Of a DNA stretch of 64,000 nt, positions 29,945 through 45,240 are shown one piece after another. How positions within the stretch are numbered: position 1 is the stretch's first letter; the number at the start of each line of letters is the position of its first letter. The stretch lies in the NCBI RefSeq assembly GCF_009914755.1, contig NC_060925.1; one strand, 5' to 3'. The position numbers and the translations under genes were made by a program. The notes beneath the pieces were generated by a model. It did no database searches. It was not told the origin of the DNA and saw only the letters and a program-made list of their open reading frames with translations. Source of the stretch: the human T2T-CHM13v2.0 reference genome, Homo sapiens.

Positions 29945-30250
29945 GGACAGGGTCTTGCTCTGTTGCTCTGTCACCGAGGCTGGACTGCAGTGGCACCATC
30001 ATAGCTCACTGCAGCCTCAAACTCCTGGCTCAAACAATCCTCCTGCCTCAGCCTCCCAAGTAGCTGGGACTACAAGCACATACCACCATGATCGGCTATT
30101 TTTTTAATTAATTAATTATTATTATTATTATTATTTGTAGAGACGAGGTCTCACTATGTTGCCCAGGCTGATCTCAAACTTTTGTATTGATCCTCCTGTC
30201 TTGGCTTCCCAAAGTGTTGGGATTACAGGCATGAGCCACCATGCCTGGCC
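29945..30250 (-). mobile_element. AluJ-like
   Basis: catagctcactgcagcctcaaactcctggctcaaacaatcctcc; (TTA)n in the linker. Confidence 0.92.
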
Positions 30251-33200
30251 TCATTTGATCTTCATTGTAACCCTTTGGCAAAACAGGAGAAGAAAAGGGA
30301 AGAAACTGAGGCTTCCAAGGGCTGGGGCTGCCCAAGACAACCCAGTGTGTAACTGAAGGGTGAGGATTGTGCTCGCGAATCTGCTGCTTTCCCAGCATTC
30401 CATGCTGCATCTCAGCACCTTACTCTCATCTTCCCTTGTTAAGTTGAATGCCAGATGAGGGCAGAAAGAAAACTAAATGAACAGATTACTCTCCAAATCT
30501 CCAAATACTGACAGGGTTTACATGAACGTATAGCAGCCCCAAACATTTCCCACACAGATTTAAACCCTCAATTTTATGAATCATTGTTTACCTTGTACAT
30601 GTATCCAAATCCCGTCCTGGTTAACCATGTTCCATAAAAATGACCTTAGGCTCAGCAGATAGACAGGTTGCCCAGTGATCAAGGACTTGGGAATTCAGTT
30701 ACTAGCAAAGCATTTGGATTAAACAAAATTCAGGAAGGACTCCGCTGCCAGGCAGGGTCAACATGGATGCCTCTGTACAAAGAAAGCTATCCCATCAATA
30801 TTGTTGTTATAGGGGGATTCTTCTCCTGTAAGAGGAAATGGAAATAACTCCATCCCTGTCCCAACAGAGCATGTTAACACAGGGATTTTAAGGTGCATTT
30901 TGTGCTATTATCTGGTGGGCGTCAAGCTGGTTTCTGATTTTGAAATGCCTTCCCTTCTCCTGCCTGCCTCTGTGACAAAGTGGCATGACACAAACGTGGC
31001 TTTGATCCCCTTCTTTACATTAATTCTCTTTTTACAGATATAAGCTTTTTTGTACCCAGCTTTAGTTTTATTTTTATTCCTATTATTAAAGTGGCTACCA
31101 GCTGCTTCTTTTCAGCATTTATGAGGATTTGGCAGTTATTTATTTTTTTATTTCAGTGGTGGGGAGTCCAAAGTTCAACTCTAGCAAGGGGTCCATCAGA
31201 CTGTGTTTTGAGGGTGGATTATACATGAGGCAGGCCCACACCTTGGCTCTGATATCAGCTCTATGGGCCTCCTCTTGCCTGGGAGCCTGTGGCAAGTTGC
31301 GTTCCTGGAGCCTCCCAGAGCGGGTGGATGTAGCGGGAGAGACGAAGGCTTTAGGCTAAATTGCCAAATCCTATATTTGTACACCAGCAGGCAATAAGTG
31401 AAGAAGCTTAAGCATTGCATTCCCACTGTCTGAGTCTGCAGACCCTGCAATCAAACACCGAGACCATATTCTGAAACAATTGTGTCCGATGACAGTTTAT
31501 TATGGAAAGAGTCAGTATCACTCAGGATGCTTGCCAATAAAACAAAGCGAAAAACAGGATCTCTTCATAATTTCTACTCCATGATCCACAATTTCATAGA
31601 TGATAGCTGAGCTCTTACTCAGATTTCAAAAACCACTTTGTGTACTTATGGGCCATTCACTCACACAGGGCCCGAGATGGGGGAACCCTCCACAGGCAGC
31701 AGGCAGCACCAAACAGAGACAGCCTGCTTTTGCTAAGCCCATCCCGAGCCTACCCCGTGACCTCCTCTCCCGGCGACACGGACAACCTATAAAGACTGAG
31801 TTAAGCGTGAGATCCAAACAGGAGCCAGCCCTGATGATTTGCCTCTTATTTTGGTGTTAAAGCTGGGAATTATCATCCTGCAGAATGATTTTAGACACCT
31901 CTGAGTCAATCCTTTATTTCTAAATCAGAACAGCACGGTCACCAGCAGGTTTGACAACAGGTAAACTTTTGCAAAATGCCAGCTGGCCTCACTAAGAAAT
32001 TATACTCAGTGGAAGGCATGGAGCTACATTTTCTTGTCACCTCTGGCAGACATTTTGTTTACAGATTTCGCTGAATGTTCCTCTTAGTTAAGGAATTCAG
32101 CTGGAGGCTGCCTGTGTGAAATAGTCACACTCATTTCTTCAGCATTTGCTTGAAAAAAATATTTTCCCTCAAATAAAATTGTGCAAGCAGCCACTCTGAC
32201 TTTGGACAAGAAAGTAACACTTTCATGGTGTCTGCTGTGGACAAGTAAGAGCTGCATATCCGGCATTTACATTCCATCATATATACTGGCATTTGATTAG
32301 AGTCAGTATAAGATTTTAAACGTTTTTTTTTCTTCAACAGTTAAAAAAAATCAGATGAAAGCAAGGCTGGTATTCACCAGCATGCACCATCACACTCTGT
32401 CAGTTATTAATAGCTGGCATTCATTCAGATAAGATGGGTTTCCAGTCTCATTGGCTGGTGCCTGTGCCAGTCTGATTATGAACTATTTTGAATATCATTC
32501 CTGAATATATGTTGCATATTTCCAAAAAGATGCTAAATCCCTTGTGGGTGGAGAGTACAGTATAAAATTCTTATGAATCCTTGCAGCAACCAACTTGGTG
32601 ATAAGCACATGGCAGATGCTCCATAAATACTTAGGAAGTGGCATTTAATTAGATAATAGGAAATAGACACATTCTGCATTGGCAGAATATGACTATCATT
32701 GGTCTCATTTCACTCTGTAATGAGCTGTTTACCTAGCCTAATGACCTGCGAGGTGCTGTGGTTATTTTCACAGGTGCAAAAGTCAGATTAAAGAATGGAC
32801 CGGGAGAGGGTCACAGAAAAACCCTACGCTACTCATCAACACAGGAATGCACAATGCCTGCACCCAGTGTGAGGTGCACCAAAAAATCTTTGCTCGCTCA
32901 ACCTACTGCCAGACATGATTAGGAAATGGAGAGAGGAGGTTAGACTCTTAGGTGTGTTAAAACATTTCTGCCCATCACCCTAGAGTAGGGCTGAAATGTT
33001 GTCGTCAACGGATTCACGAAGGGTTTCAGCTAATTTAGACTGCTATTTCATACTAGCTCACCTTTTGATTAGTTTAACGTCTTCTTTTAAAATAAATGTC
33101 TTTTGGCTTCTTTTTACTCAAAACCCAGTGCCGCCCCCCCAGCCCCCACCACTTTTTAAAAATTTTAAACCAGCCAATACATACTTTTCACATTCTAGAA

Positions 33201-33410
33201 CTAAAGGGTAATTATTGAAAAAATTTTATTCCTCCTTAATGTTTGTGTCTTTAAAATATTCTTGGGGTTATTAAACCCTCTCTGTGGCCATTATTTAGCA
33301 AACTTTACATTATTCATTGCTTATATTTTCCTTAAAGTCAGTCCCTTTAGCCTTTAATCATCTGTCTTTTCTCTGAACCCGTTCCAATTCTACAAATTAT
33401 ATATGGAGTT

Positions 33411-33511
33411 AGGGTCACTGACCCTGGACCCCAGTTCTTTAAAAGAAAAAAACCCATCACTTTCTTCTTCATTGTTCTGGGAAATCATGCTTAGGCTCTT
33501 GTTCAAGGTCA
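33411..33511. promoter_or_regulatory. Candidate nuclear-receptor/STAT enhancer (IR1 + GAS + ERRE)
   Basis: AGGGTCA-c-TGACCCT at 33411-33425, TTCTGGGAA at 33475-33483, TCAAGGTCA at 33503-33511. Motif evidence only. Confidence 0.5.
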
Positions 33512-34438
33512 TGTTGCCAAGTTAGTGTTATTCTGTATCTATGATCAGAAGACTGACATATCATGAGACATACATCAGGGGATACTGTCAAATGTTAGGT
33601 ATGTGGGCATTACACATTTTGAATTTGTGGTAATTGGAACATGGGCTTGGTTAGTATGCCTGTGCACTACAATCATAGTTTTGTCATGTAAGTTAATGGC
33701 AGAAGCAAGTTACAGGGGAAATAAAGTAGTTAAGGAAAATCAAAGTTTTTGAAACTCTTGATACTATACAAATACTGTATGCCAATGTGGATCGGAATAT
33801 TCATCCAGTTAAATAAAAAATTTTATTCAATAAACAATAACGCGGCATATCTGTAAGTATTAAATAATTTGGACTTTCTGCTAATTTAGGAATGAGATTT
33901 TCCCCAATTAGTCTGCATTGTGGAAGTGCCATCTAATCTTTGTAACTGAGAAGAACCAAAGAGTAGTAAAACTTCTCGGTGATGTCCATTGAGAAATGGT
34001 GTATGAAATCTCCAGCACAGAAGAGGCACTTAGACGTTTCCCCTCAACAGCTAACAGCGGAACTCACTAGCCTGAGTGTGAGAAGCAATAGTTACAAGAT
34101 AGAATGGAAAGACCAAAGGACGTGGCTTCTGTTTTTCACAGCCTTGCCATGCTATCCTTTACTCTGTGGCACATAAAAACTGTAAAAGAGCTCAATGAAA
34201 AAATCACATGTTATATACCATTAGTAAAATAATACCGTTATTTTATATAGTACTAATTCTCTGCTGGATGTTGTCCAACAATTTAGGTAATCTATTACTT
34301 ATATGTAAAATAATGCTAAGTATTACTCAGGATTCTCTTCTAATCTTATGAGTGTCCCTTGAAGTAATGGGTTTCCTCTATAGATAGGAATGAGAGGGAT
34401 AGAATTTGATAGAGTTTGGGTCAATTTTTAAAAAGGGA

Positions 34439-34740
34439 GGCTGGGTTCAGTGGCTCACAACTGTAATTCCAGCACTTTGGGAGGCTGAGGCAGGAGGATT
34501 GCTTGAGCATGGGAGTTTGAGACCAGCCTGGGCCGCATAGTGAGACCCTATCTCTTACAAAAAAAAATATTAGCTGAGCATGGTGGTGAACACCTGTAGT
34601 TCCAGCTACTCAAGAGGCTGATGTGGAAGAATCACTTGAGCCCAGGAGGTTGGAGCTGCAGTGAGCAGTAATTGGGCTGCTGCACATCAGCCTGAGCAAT
34701 AGAGGAAAAGCCTGTCCCCACCCTCTGACACCAAAACAAA
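34439..34740 (+). mobile_element. AluJ-like
   Basis: ggctgggttcagtggctcac...gaggcaggaggattgcttgag; degraded tail. Confidence 0.92.
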
Positions 34741-35849
34741 GAGAACTAAAGAGAAAATTAGGCAATGATGTCACTTAAAATCCTCTCTTGCCACAAGATA
34801 GAACTTTATTAAAACATTATAAGGTGTAACAGCTCCTATAAATTCTGAGATGATTGCACAGAGAAAATTCAGTTGGTCAAACATAGCACTTTTCAGTGTT
34901 TTACAATACATTTAAGCATTAGCCAACATCCAGCAGATAATTAGTATTATATGGAAGTAACAGAAAGCCTCTTAATTTAGCCTGTAAAAAAAAAGGGACA
35001 TGTATTATAAGATAAGGGGGTGTCTTATGGGATTGAGAATAAGACCTCAGAAAAGAATTACAACTGTGTTAGAACACTCGGGATGTATTAACCTGGGCAG
35101 GCTGTTATTTTAGCTTCTTGTCTGCTAACATAAAAATTGAAAAACTGGACAATTAACTGTCATTATAATTTTAGATTTGTGTTATCTGAATCTAGGGTGG
35201 ATATTTAATAAATACTGACTTAAGCACTTCAGCTTTTACTTTTTCCCTCTGTTAAGTATTTAATGATCTGTAAATAAGCACTTCAGAAAGTGCTACCTAA
35301 AAGGACCCTGTGCTCTTTTACAACATGAAAAATCTTTGTGTAATGTGAATGATTCACCCTCTGATTTGTCTGTTTGCTAATAAGATGTTTGGCTCACATG
35401 GTCAGTATTTTGTCCAATAATATATTTTGTCCAATAATGTAAAAGGCCAGTCCTACGGAAGGAGGTCATATTCTCCTAAAGAAGTGTTGCTTCCTCCACA
35501 TTCCAGGTGAGATTCCTCTTGTCTTTTTGGAAGAGAACATCTGACAACCTTAAGCCAGGTCTTTAGGGTTGTAGGAAACACAAACATTTTCTCTCCTTCT
35601 TTGTTCTCTCTGATCCTGTTTCATTTTTTTCTCATTTACAGACTGTTTGTTTGCTTCCCGATATCCTCCCTTCAAGAGACCAGTCACATCAAGGCTGTAA
35701 TGAAATCTCTTAGTCCTAATACTAAATTCCCAGGAATTTTCTTCCACAGAGGGCCAGAGAGTGATAGTGTTTAGAATACTTCCCAGAAAAGGAGAGCTTG
35801 GGCAGATGACACAGTTAGATCCACCATAGAAGACCAAGCTTGTCTATAT

Positions 35850-36012
35850 GGGCAAAGGTTTGGTGATTACCTCATCTATTTCTTCTAAGACAGTCTTGTT
35901 CAACTGAATTCTCATTCTCAGGTGCCTCTTTGAGAGTAGAGTTTAAGAATACCAGTTTTTTAAGTGCTCCTCTGGTGCTTCTTATGCACTTTGAAGACTG
36001 GTAGACACTGTT
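35850..36012. mobile_element. Possible MER5-like hAT DNA transposon remnant
   Basis: ttttaagtgctcctctggtgcttcttatgcac...gacactg resembles the MER5 terminus. Confidence 0.4.
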
Positions 36013-36404
36013 CTAGAATATACTCCCAAAATGACTGTGAAAAGATAGAGTTTCAACCTGAGCATCTGTAATAAACAGCATATCTGAGGAAACTGTTAAA
36101 ACATTAGCTATTCTTAGAGTCCTGGGACAACTCTATTCTCCACTGGAGCTGGGCACTGGGTTCGGTGTCTTCCTTCATGGTTCTCAGCGATCAGTAGCAT
36201 ATGCAAGGGAGAGCTTGGTAGGTTTCAAAGGCCTTGGTGGGCATGGCTGATGTTTCCTGAGTGACTTGCAGTCAGCTCTAGTGAGAAATTAGTCACTGAG
36301 TGGCAGGTAGTTAAATTCTGTACTTTTACTGTTTATAGGTTCTAGTCAAATGTAATTTTTAAAACCTAGTATCATTTGGAGCCACAGCAGAAGTTTATTA
36401 TTAA

Positions 36405-36990
<586 letters not shown>

Positions 36991-36993
36991 TAG

Positions 36994-37311
<318 letters not shown>

Positions 37312-37339
37312 TGATATTTCAGTCTGGATGCTTCCTATC

Positions 37340-37830
37340 AAGTTTATATGTCAGAATTAGTCCTCACCAAATATCCACATGCTCCCCTACTATCTACAGC
37401 TTCTCTGCAATTCAGCTGGGCCCGTGTGGGCAATTCTGACCAACAGGTCATGAACAGAAGTGACCTCATGTCTCTCACCACTCCCTGACCTCCCACCCCA
37501 GCCCAAAGCAGTTAAGTGCTAATGTACCTCTTCTATCCCCTTTTCCCTGCCACAGCAAAATTGGGAGCAAATAGGTACTAAATACTCTTTTGTTTCACAG
37601 GCTTGCAGTAATATATACCCACCTGATAAGTGGACCATGAAGACTCTTTCTGCTTGATTCCTACTAAGCAGAGACTCATTACTTTCCACACCTGACATTT
37701 TAAGTAGTAGCCCTGGGGTGCCGCTCCCCCTTGTTCCTGTGCATCTCTGAGCTTTTCATGATCAGCTAAACTTCCACATTCTTTTACTATAACTGGCTTG
37801 GGAATGGGGGAGAAATAATCTTCCAAAGAG
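37340..37830. mobile_element. MLT1-type LTR remnant
   Basis: gggcaattctgaccaacaggtcatgaacagaagtgac resembles MLT1. Confidence 0.5.
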
Positions 37831-40072
37831 GAACACAAGGAAAAGCATTTGATTTCTACTCTCCAAATATTTGGTGAGATTTGGGAAGCAACCAGGAATG
37901 TGAGCTTCAAAAAATTGGGCGATTCCTCCAAGGTGGAAGTCTTTTGGCACACTGAATCTTTTGGTCCACCGGCTTCTTGAGAAGCCTTTAAGGCCAACCG
38001 ATCCCCAGAACAAGATCTCTCTTGGGCTTCACTGCGAGTTATTCTTTGGAAAATGCACTTCTGAATTCACTTTTTGTATTGTCTCAGGAAAATCCTGTTT
38101 GTGAAAATGCCTCATGGTATCTCCCTGAATCTGAAGAAGTAAAGAGAAAGACTGTTTGCTTTGATGTAATCAGATTCTCTGGAATTTAATCCTATATCCT
38201 ATTTATGGCTGAGCTAGCCATTCAAAATTAAAATGAACCTTTCATCCATGTGTATCATAAATGGGCATTTATCAGGATTATATGATTTTGCAATCCATCT
38301 GAATACGTAACCAGAATTTGTTTTCTTTCCATTTCACTATGTAATTACCATGCAACAATAACAAAAGTGACATGTTTGAAGAACAGATAAAATGCTGTAA
38401 ATTGGCCAGTAATGGTGATATTTCCTCATCTTCTCAAAAACCCATTTATTCTCTCTCTCAACAAATCAAGGCATTGTCAGCCCATACTCATCTTGTGGCC
38501 AGAGGGGCTCCACCAATTTCTGGATGTAAGTGAGTCCTGGAATGCAGATGAGGCCGACTAACGAAAGCTTTCAGTGCAGGCAGCTGGTCTTTGCTTGCCT
38601 CAATTTTTAAATCATCCATAATGGGGCCAAGACCTCCCAAGCACTAAAAAGAGCGAGCTGACATGCTGGATAAACTGTTAATTTTTTCCTGAAGAAGCTG
38701 CTATATTGCACATCTGTCACTGCAGTGCAGACAATTACTCACTGAGTCAGGGAAAAAAATCTGCCGCTTGTTTCTAGCTGAGTTGTTAAGGGACTTAATG
38801 GAGAAATACAATGGCGTGGGAGTCAAAACATGCTGCTTTCCCATGTGCTTGGCAATTGTTCCCTCCTTTTGGAAGACTGTCTTGTAATATTAAAACATGT
38901 GAAGTAGACTAAGATGTGTGTTTAGAAAAACAGCAAAGGAATTAGAAGAGGTACAATAAAAGGACAGGCATATAAAGATGTGGGACGATCAAGAATCTAG
39001 CCTTACAGATTACAGGCCACTGTACTTATTGCTGAGAACGTAACAACGCTGTGGCCAGTGTATTAGAAATATTGTGATTTTTCACATTATAAATTTCAAA
39101 CTTTTAATATATATTCCCCAAGTGCTTCACAACCATCTAAAAATTATTTTATGAATTTCATGCCTCGTATATGCAATGTGGATCATCTATACTGTTTCCA
39201 TAATGAATTACAGCCATCAATGAGACACTTTAGAATCCCAGATTTGTCAGTCATCTAACAGAACTTTAGTTGTTTTTTTCTTCGCTAAATCATTTGCATG
39301 TCATACATATGAAATCCTGGCATTTGAAGAAATTAACTTCAATAAGTGATGGAAGAATTTGTTTGGATTTGAAAAGCATATATTGAGTTAGTATACTATT
39401 TCTCAGTCTTTCTATTTTTATTGAAGAATATTGATTTTAGAAAGAAAGAAACTTTTTTTTTAGAAATAGGAAGATGCAAACAGACAGAAGATAGTTTTGG
39501 CTGTTTTATTTGGGATACTATTGTAATATACTTTTATCTCTAGTCTTACAGCTGGAAAATCAAGCATTATACACACTCCTAAAATACTAGCAATTTATCT
39601 TGAAAGTTCAAACTAAAAGAAAAAAAAAAAGAAACACAAAAAATAGCCCTCAATTTTAACCTTACTTCAGCCTTGAAAAATTAAGAAACAAACACAGGAC
39701 ATTCTGATATTGCAACAGGAGGGAAGTATGTGGATCTGAGAATGATTTAAACTGTCTGACAATTCAAAGACAGGAGACAACTCTAATGTACAGATAAAAC
39801 TAAAAGTGGCAATAGTAGATCATACTCCTGGCAGTTAATGGCACTGACTCGCTGGAGACAAATCTGGATCTACTTAAAGTGTCAGGTGTGTAAAGTAATG
39901 AGTCTTTGCTTAGTAGGAACCCAGCAGAAGGAGCCTTTATGGTCCGCTTGCCAGTTGAGTATATGTTACTACAAGCCTGTTAAATAAATGAGTATTTAAT
40001 ACCTATTGCATGAAAAAAAAAAACCCTACTTATTTTGACAACTTTACTCAGTTTTTTGGGAGAAAAGATAAG

Positions 40073-40078
40073 TTTAAT
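40073..40078 (-). terminator. Distal poly(A) signal ATTAAA
   Basis: mRNA strand: UGUA motifs upstream, ATTAAA, a CA/AAAAAA cleavage context ~16-22 nt later, then a downstream GU/U-rich tract (T11 at 40013-40023). Confidence 0.6.
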
Positions 40079-42562
40079 CAACATAGTGAAATGCCTCTTA
40101 CAGCAAACAAAACTCAACACTTCAATGCATATTACAAAACACTTAAAATGTCCAAGCAGCTTTATGAGAGGCACAACTTTCCAAAAGGAAATGGAGTGAT
40201 TGTAACAGATTTGAACTCTGATACTTTAAGTGGTCAGAGAGAGCGTGTGTACCTTGTTACATTAGAATCACAGAATCCTTGAGGGGAAAGAGACCTTAAG
40301 CAAGTTAGTCTAATCAAGCTTCACAGAAACAATAAAAACAGGAAAATGTGGTAGAGCAGCTCACAATCGGCTATGAATACATTTGTGAATCAAATACATT
40401 TACCAATATTTTTCTCTAATTTTTTTGAGATATTGAAATTTTTCGCTGAACTTAACTGCACTATTAAATGATAATTGTCAATGGGTACTCATTTAAACCA
40501 ATTTTTAAAGTACTTTCAACTTTTAAAAAATAACTCTAAGGTAAAAGGGAAACATTTAAAGCACAAAGACAATGACTACTTATAAATAATGTTCTTAAAC
40601 ATTATGTTTTATTCTTTGATTCTTTGTTGTACTATTAACATGACTTTCTACCAAAAGAAAAAATAAAAAAAAATATTCTTTGCTAACAATTTCTTTACAA
40701 TGCCAACTTAGATCACTTTTCTTTTTGAAAGACAAAATACAGGTGAAAACAGTTTTAAAAAGCATGTCAACAGTGATTTTTTCTCTTTTCGGAAATATCT
40801 GCTCAAAATAAAGTGTACTGAATAGAAGCAATTGTCAGTTCAATTTACAAGAATGCCAATTCTCAATATTAAAATAAACATTAATAAAATGCAGTATTTT
40901 GTAATTATGTCTGTATACTGCACACAGGCATTATAAATACACCTATAGGTACACATTATGTATATCTTTACCCCTACTGTGTTAACTTCTGTTTGATAGC
41001 CACAGTATGAGTTATAAAATATATGGTATTTAAATGCTGAGACCAATTTATTGGCAGATTTTAATTAGCAATGAATGTTTATTTAAAAGGGTGCCATATA
41101 GTTTAAAAATAAAAGTAACCAAATTAAATAGTGTATTCGGGGAGCAGAAAAGAAGGAAACAAATGACTCCAGCACACAGTCTGGTCATTATCAAGTATAA
41201 CAAATTTTTTAAACAGTCAAGTTGCTAATGTAATCATGCTCAGCGTCTCTAGGCTATTGCAGGTAATTAGGATAGAAAAGGGAGACCTATGCAGTCTCTA
41301 AAATTTTTAGTACAACCAATTAATTTGCTATAAGGCTACAGATACTGTAGAAGAGTGGCTTCACAAAACAGCAGAAGAAATATCTTACTACCTTTTAGAG
41401 GAAATATAAATGATACATTCTAAATCTTGGGGTTCTATGGACGTTGTAACTGGCAAAAAATTAACTATATATAAAAGACAAATTAGTGGGCTTCAGATGG
41501 TGAAAGACATTTGATTTGCACTAAAAAATTCGTATTTTAATTGCGTTTGTTTCTCCAATTAAGTTCAGGTACAACCAGAACATCAGGTCTGTACTGAGTT
41601 TTCTTAAAGACTGAGGGCATGTCAGTAGAAGTATGGGGGAAGCTTGGGATGTTATCACTTCTCTGCTTTGAGTGCTGATTCACATATACTGTAGAGTACA
41701 TATATTCTGTACAATTAAACACTTCAACAGAGTAAGAAGTATTTTAAGTCCTCTGTGAATCACATAGAGGGCTCTAGGTGTCAAGATGAAGAAGAACTGT
41801 CTTCTATTAGCTGAAAATACAAAGAAGAATTTTTTTAGGTGTTAGAGAAGCTAAGTTAACATCCCACAGAAGTTGCTTCAGAAGATTTGTACCTGTCCAG
41901 AACAGCAACAATAAAGAGCACTCATAAGGACTGCAATATTTAATGAAGAAGTTCCTATACACTAGTCTGGTGTATATACTGCTCTTCTTCACTATGAGGG
42001 TTTTTACTTCCATTAGAACATAATAAGGTGAAAAAGAACAGCCAAGTCCTCAGGAGTGTGGAACCAGGCTAACAATGACCTCATTGTTTGCTCTCAGTGG
42101 CTTCAAACTTGGCTTTTTGAGATTCTAGGATTTTAGCAGATCTCCAGGCAATCAAATTAACAAAACCTCAAACACCAAATTTTGAATAGACCCCAGAGCA
42201 CAATACACTATCACAAAGAAGTTTTAAAACTTGTATATAATCTCCCCCCGGCTACATAGACAGAATGAGCATTTAGAAAATATCAGTTAAAAAAATGGCA
42301 AATTTGTAAGTAAAAAACTTGTAGAAAGTAATGATACCATGGGGTTACTTTATCCAGTAAGAATGCTTCAAAAGAACATCTCTTCTGGTCGTCCATAGTT
42401 CCCTAACCAACCTGTCCTCTAGGTACAATATCCCTGGGAAAGAAGATAATTCTCAAGAAATGTACATTTGGCAAACCGTGAAGGCTTTCAAATAGCAGGT
42501 TGGACTTCCCCTCCCTAGTTGGCAGGATTTTTTTTAGGGGACCACCTGAGAAAGGTCTGTTA

Positions 42563-42913
<351 letters not shown>

Positions 42914-43572
42914 AAAAACTCTTTTGGAAAGTGACAAGATTTTAAAAACCCATTAGAAAGGTGATTCACATGTGTTATCTCAGTCTTTACTCAACCAGCA
43001 AAGGCCATTATAAATAGAATGATAATAATCATCATCATAATAAGTTGTTAATAATGAAGATAATAAATAAAGATCTTCTAAACTAAAAGCAATTTAGAAT
43101 TTCTGATACTATGAAGCAAATGACTCAGAAACAGCTCAATACTAGGCACGTAATACAAACGACCTCTTTTGCTAGGTTTTAAAGTAACATCTTGGGTCCT
43201 AGAAAGGGCAAATCAGTACCATTTACTTCTTTTGTTCACCTTCTAAATGGGTTGGGTCATTGCCAGAAATCTGAGTTCTGGGAGAGCCATTTAACTTTTC
43301 ATGTAAATTGATTCAATATTGTAATAAATTACTCCAATGATTAAAATTTTAAATCCGTTTACTACACTTGAGTTGATCTTAAAAATAATATCAATCTTTG
43401 GGAAAACAGAGGTAGAAGTACATCTGGATTAATAGAATTTACAGTTCAATCACGGTGAATTTAAAAAATACATTTTTCTTTCAATAATTATTTTATGTTC
43501 TAAATGAGGTAAAATTTATAAAATCTGCATTAAAGTAAGGTAGAGGGCACTCTGGTGATAACAACGATGAGG

Positions 43573-43578
43573 TTTATT
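43573..43578 (-). terminator. Proximal poly(A) signal AATAAA
   Basis: tttatt on + strand, ~630 nt downstream of the stop, followed on the mRNA strand by U-rich sequence. Confidence 0.6.
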
Positions 43579-44204
43579 TTTGTCAAAACATCCAAGGGAA
43601 ACATTAATTGTTGTTTGTCAACTGTGAACTTCACACTACATTGTCTAAGGATAGAAAATTGATGGGTATCACTCTGTCAGAAAATCCTCACCAAGAAGCC
43701 AATTCAAGGAATATGAAATTGACAAGCCTTTCAAACAAAGATGTGTTCGGACTTCACTGATGCGATGGTAGGTCTTTTGGGTTACAATAGATAGGGATGA
43801 TATAAAACACAATCTTTTCCTGTCTATTCCATTTTAGAAACTGGTGGGTGTGCTCACGTTTGTCTGGGCATTGCAGCACTGCACACATACATGAATTAAG
43901 CAAAGCATCGGAAAGTATTGACACATGAGACTAAAATAAATAAGAGAAACGAGCTGCTCTTTATACCTAGAAATAGCTGGAAATTACTGAAAAAAATTAA
44001 AGTGCAGAGGTTTTCATTTTAGCACCATGAATTGTGATGAAATCCCATTTCTCTCACTATGGCAGGACTGTATGCAGTAAGGAAGCTAGAGTGATGTGTT
44101 TGAGGCAATGTAGATTTTTGCTTCAAAAACAGAAGTCATGTTATCATTTTAGAACAATGGGACATAGTGAATAAAGTCTGTAAAACATTTCTTCTTTGCT
44201 TTTC

Positions 44205-44790
<586 letters not shown>

Positions 44791-45197
44791 TGGATTTATT
44801 TTCATTACCATGTTAGCCTTATGGATTATTCAGAAAATCACCAACCTATATTGTAATATCTCACATTTGCCCATGACCTTGACATTCAACAGAACCAAAA
44901 CTAAAACCAAACCAAACAAAAAGCACAACTGGTGGCATCTTGAATTCCTAGGAATTTACATTCTTATAATCTCTCTCCTTGTTATTTATTATTCAGTCTG
45001 TAACATATGCCTCCTTTAGTTCCTTTCCTCCTTTTCCTTCCATGGCCATGTTTAAATGATTATATAAGTTAGTAGAAAGAAAATAGAGGAAAATAATATT
45101 AAAGAGATATATATTATAAAACTTAAAAAATATATTATATACATTTGCAGGTACATAGACCACAATTCCCTTCATAGGCCTCCAGAGATAGATATAT

Positions 45198-45240
45198 TTC
45201 TTCCTTCCCTTCCCTCCCTCCTTCCCTCCTTCCCTCCCTT
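45198..45240. repeat. (CCTT/CCCT)n polypyrimidine tract
   Basis: Directly visible. Confidence 0.85.
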
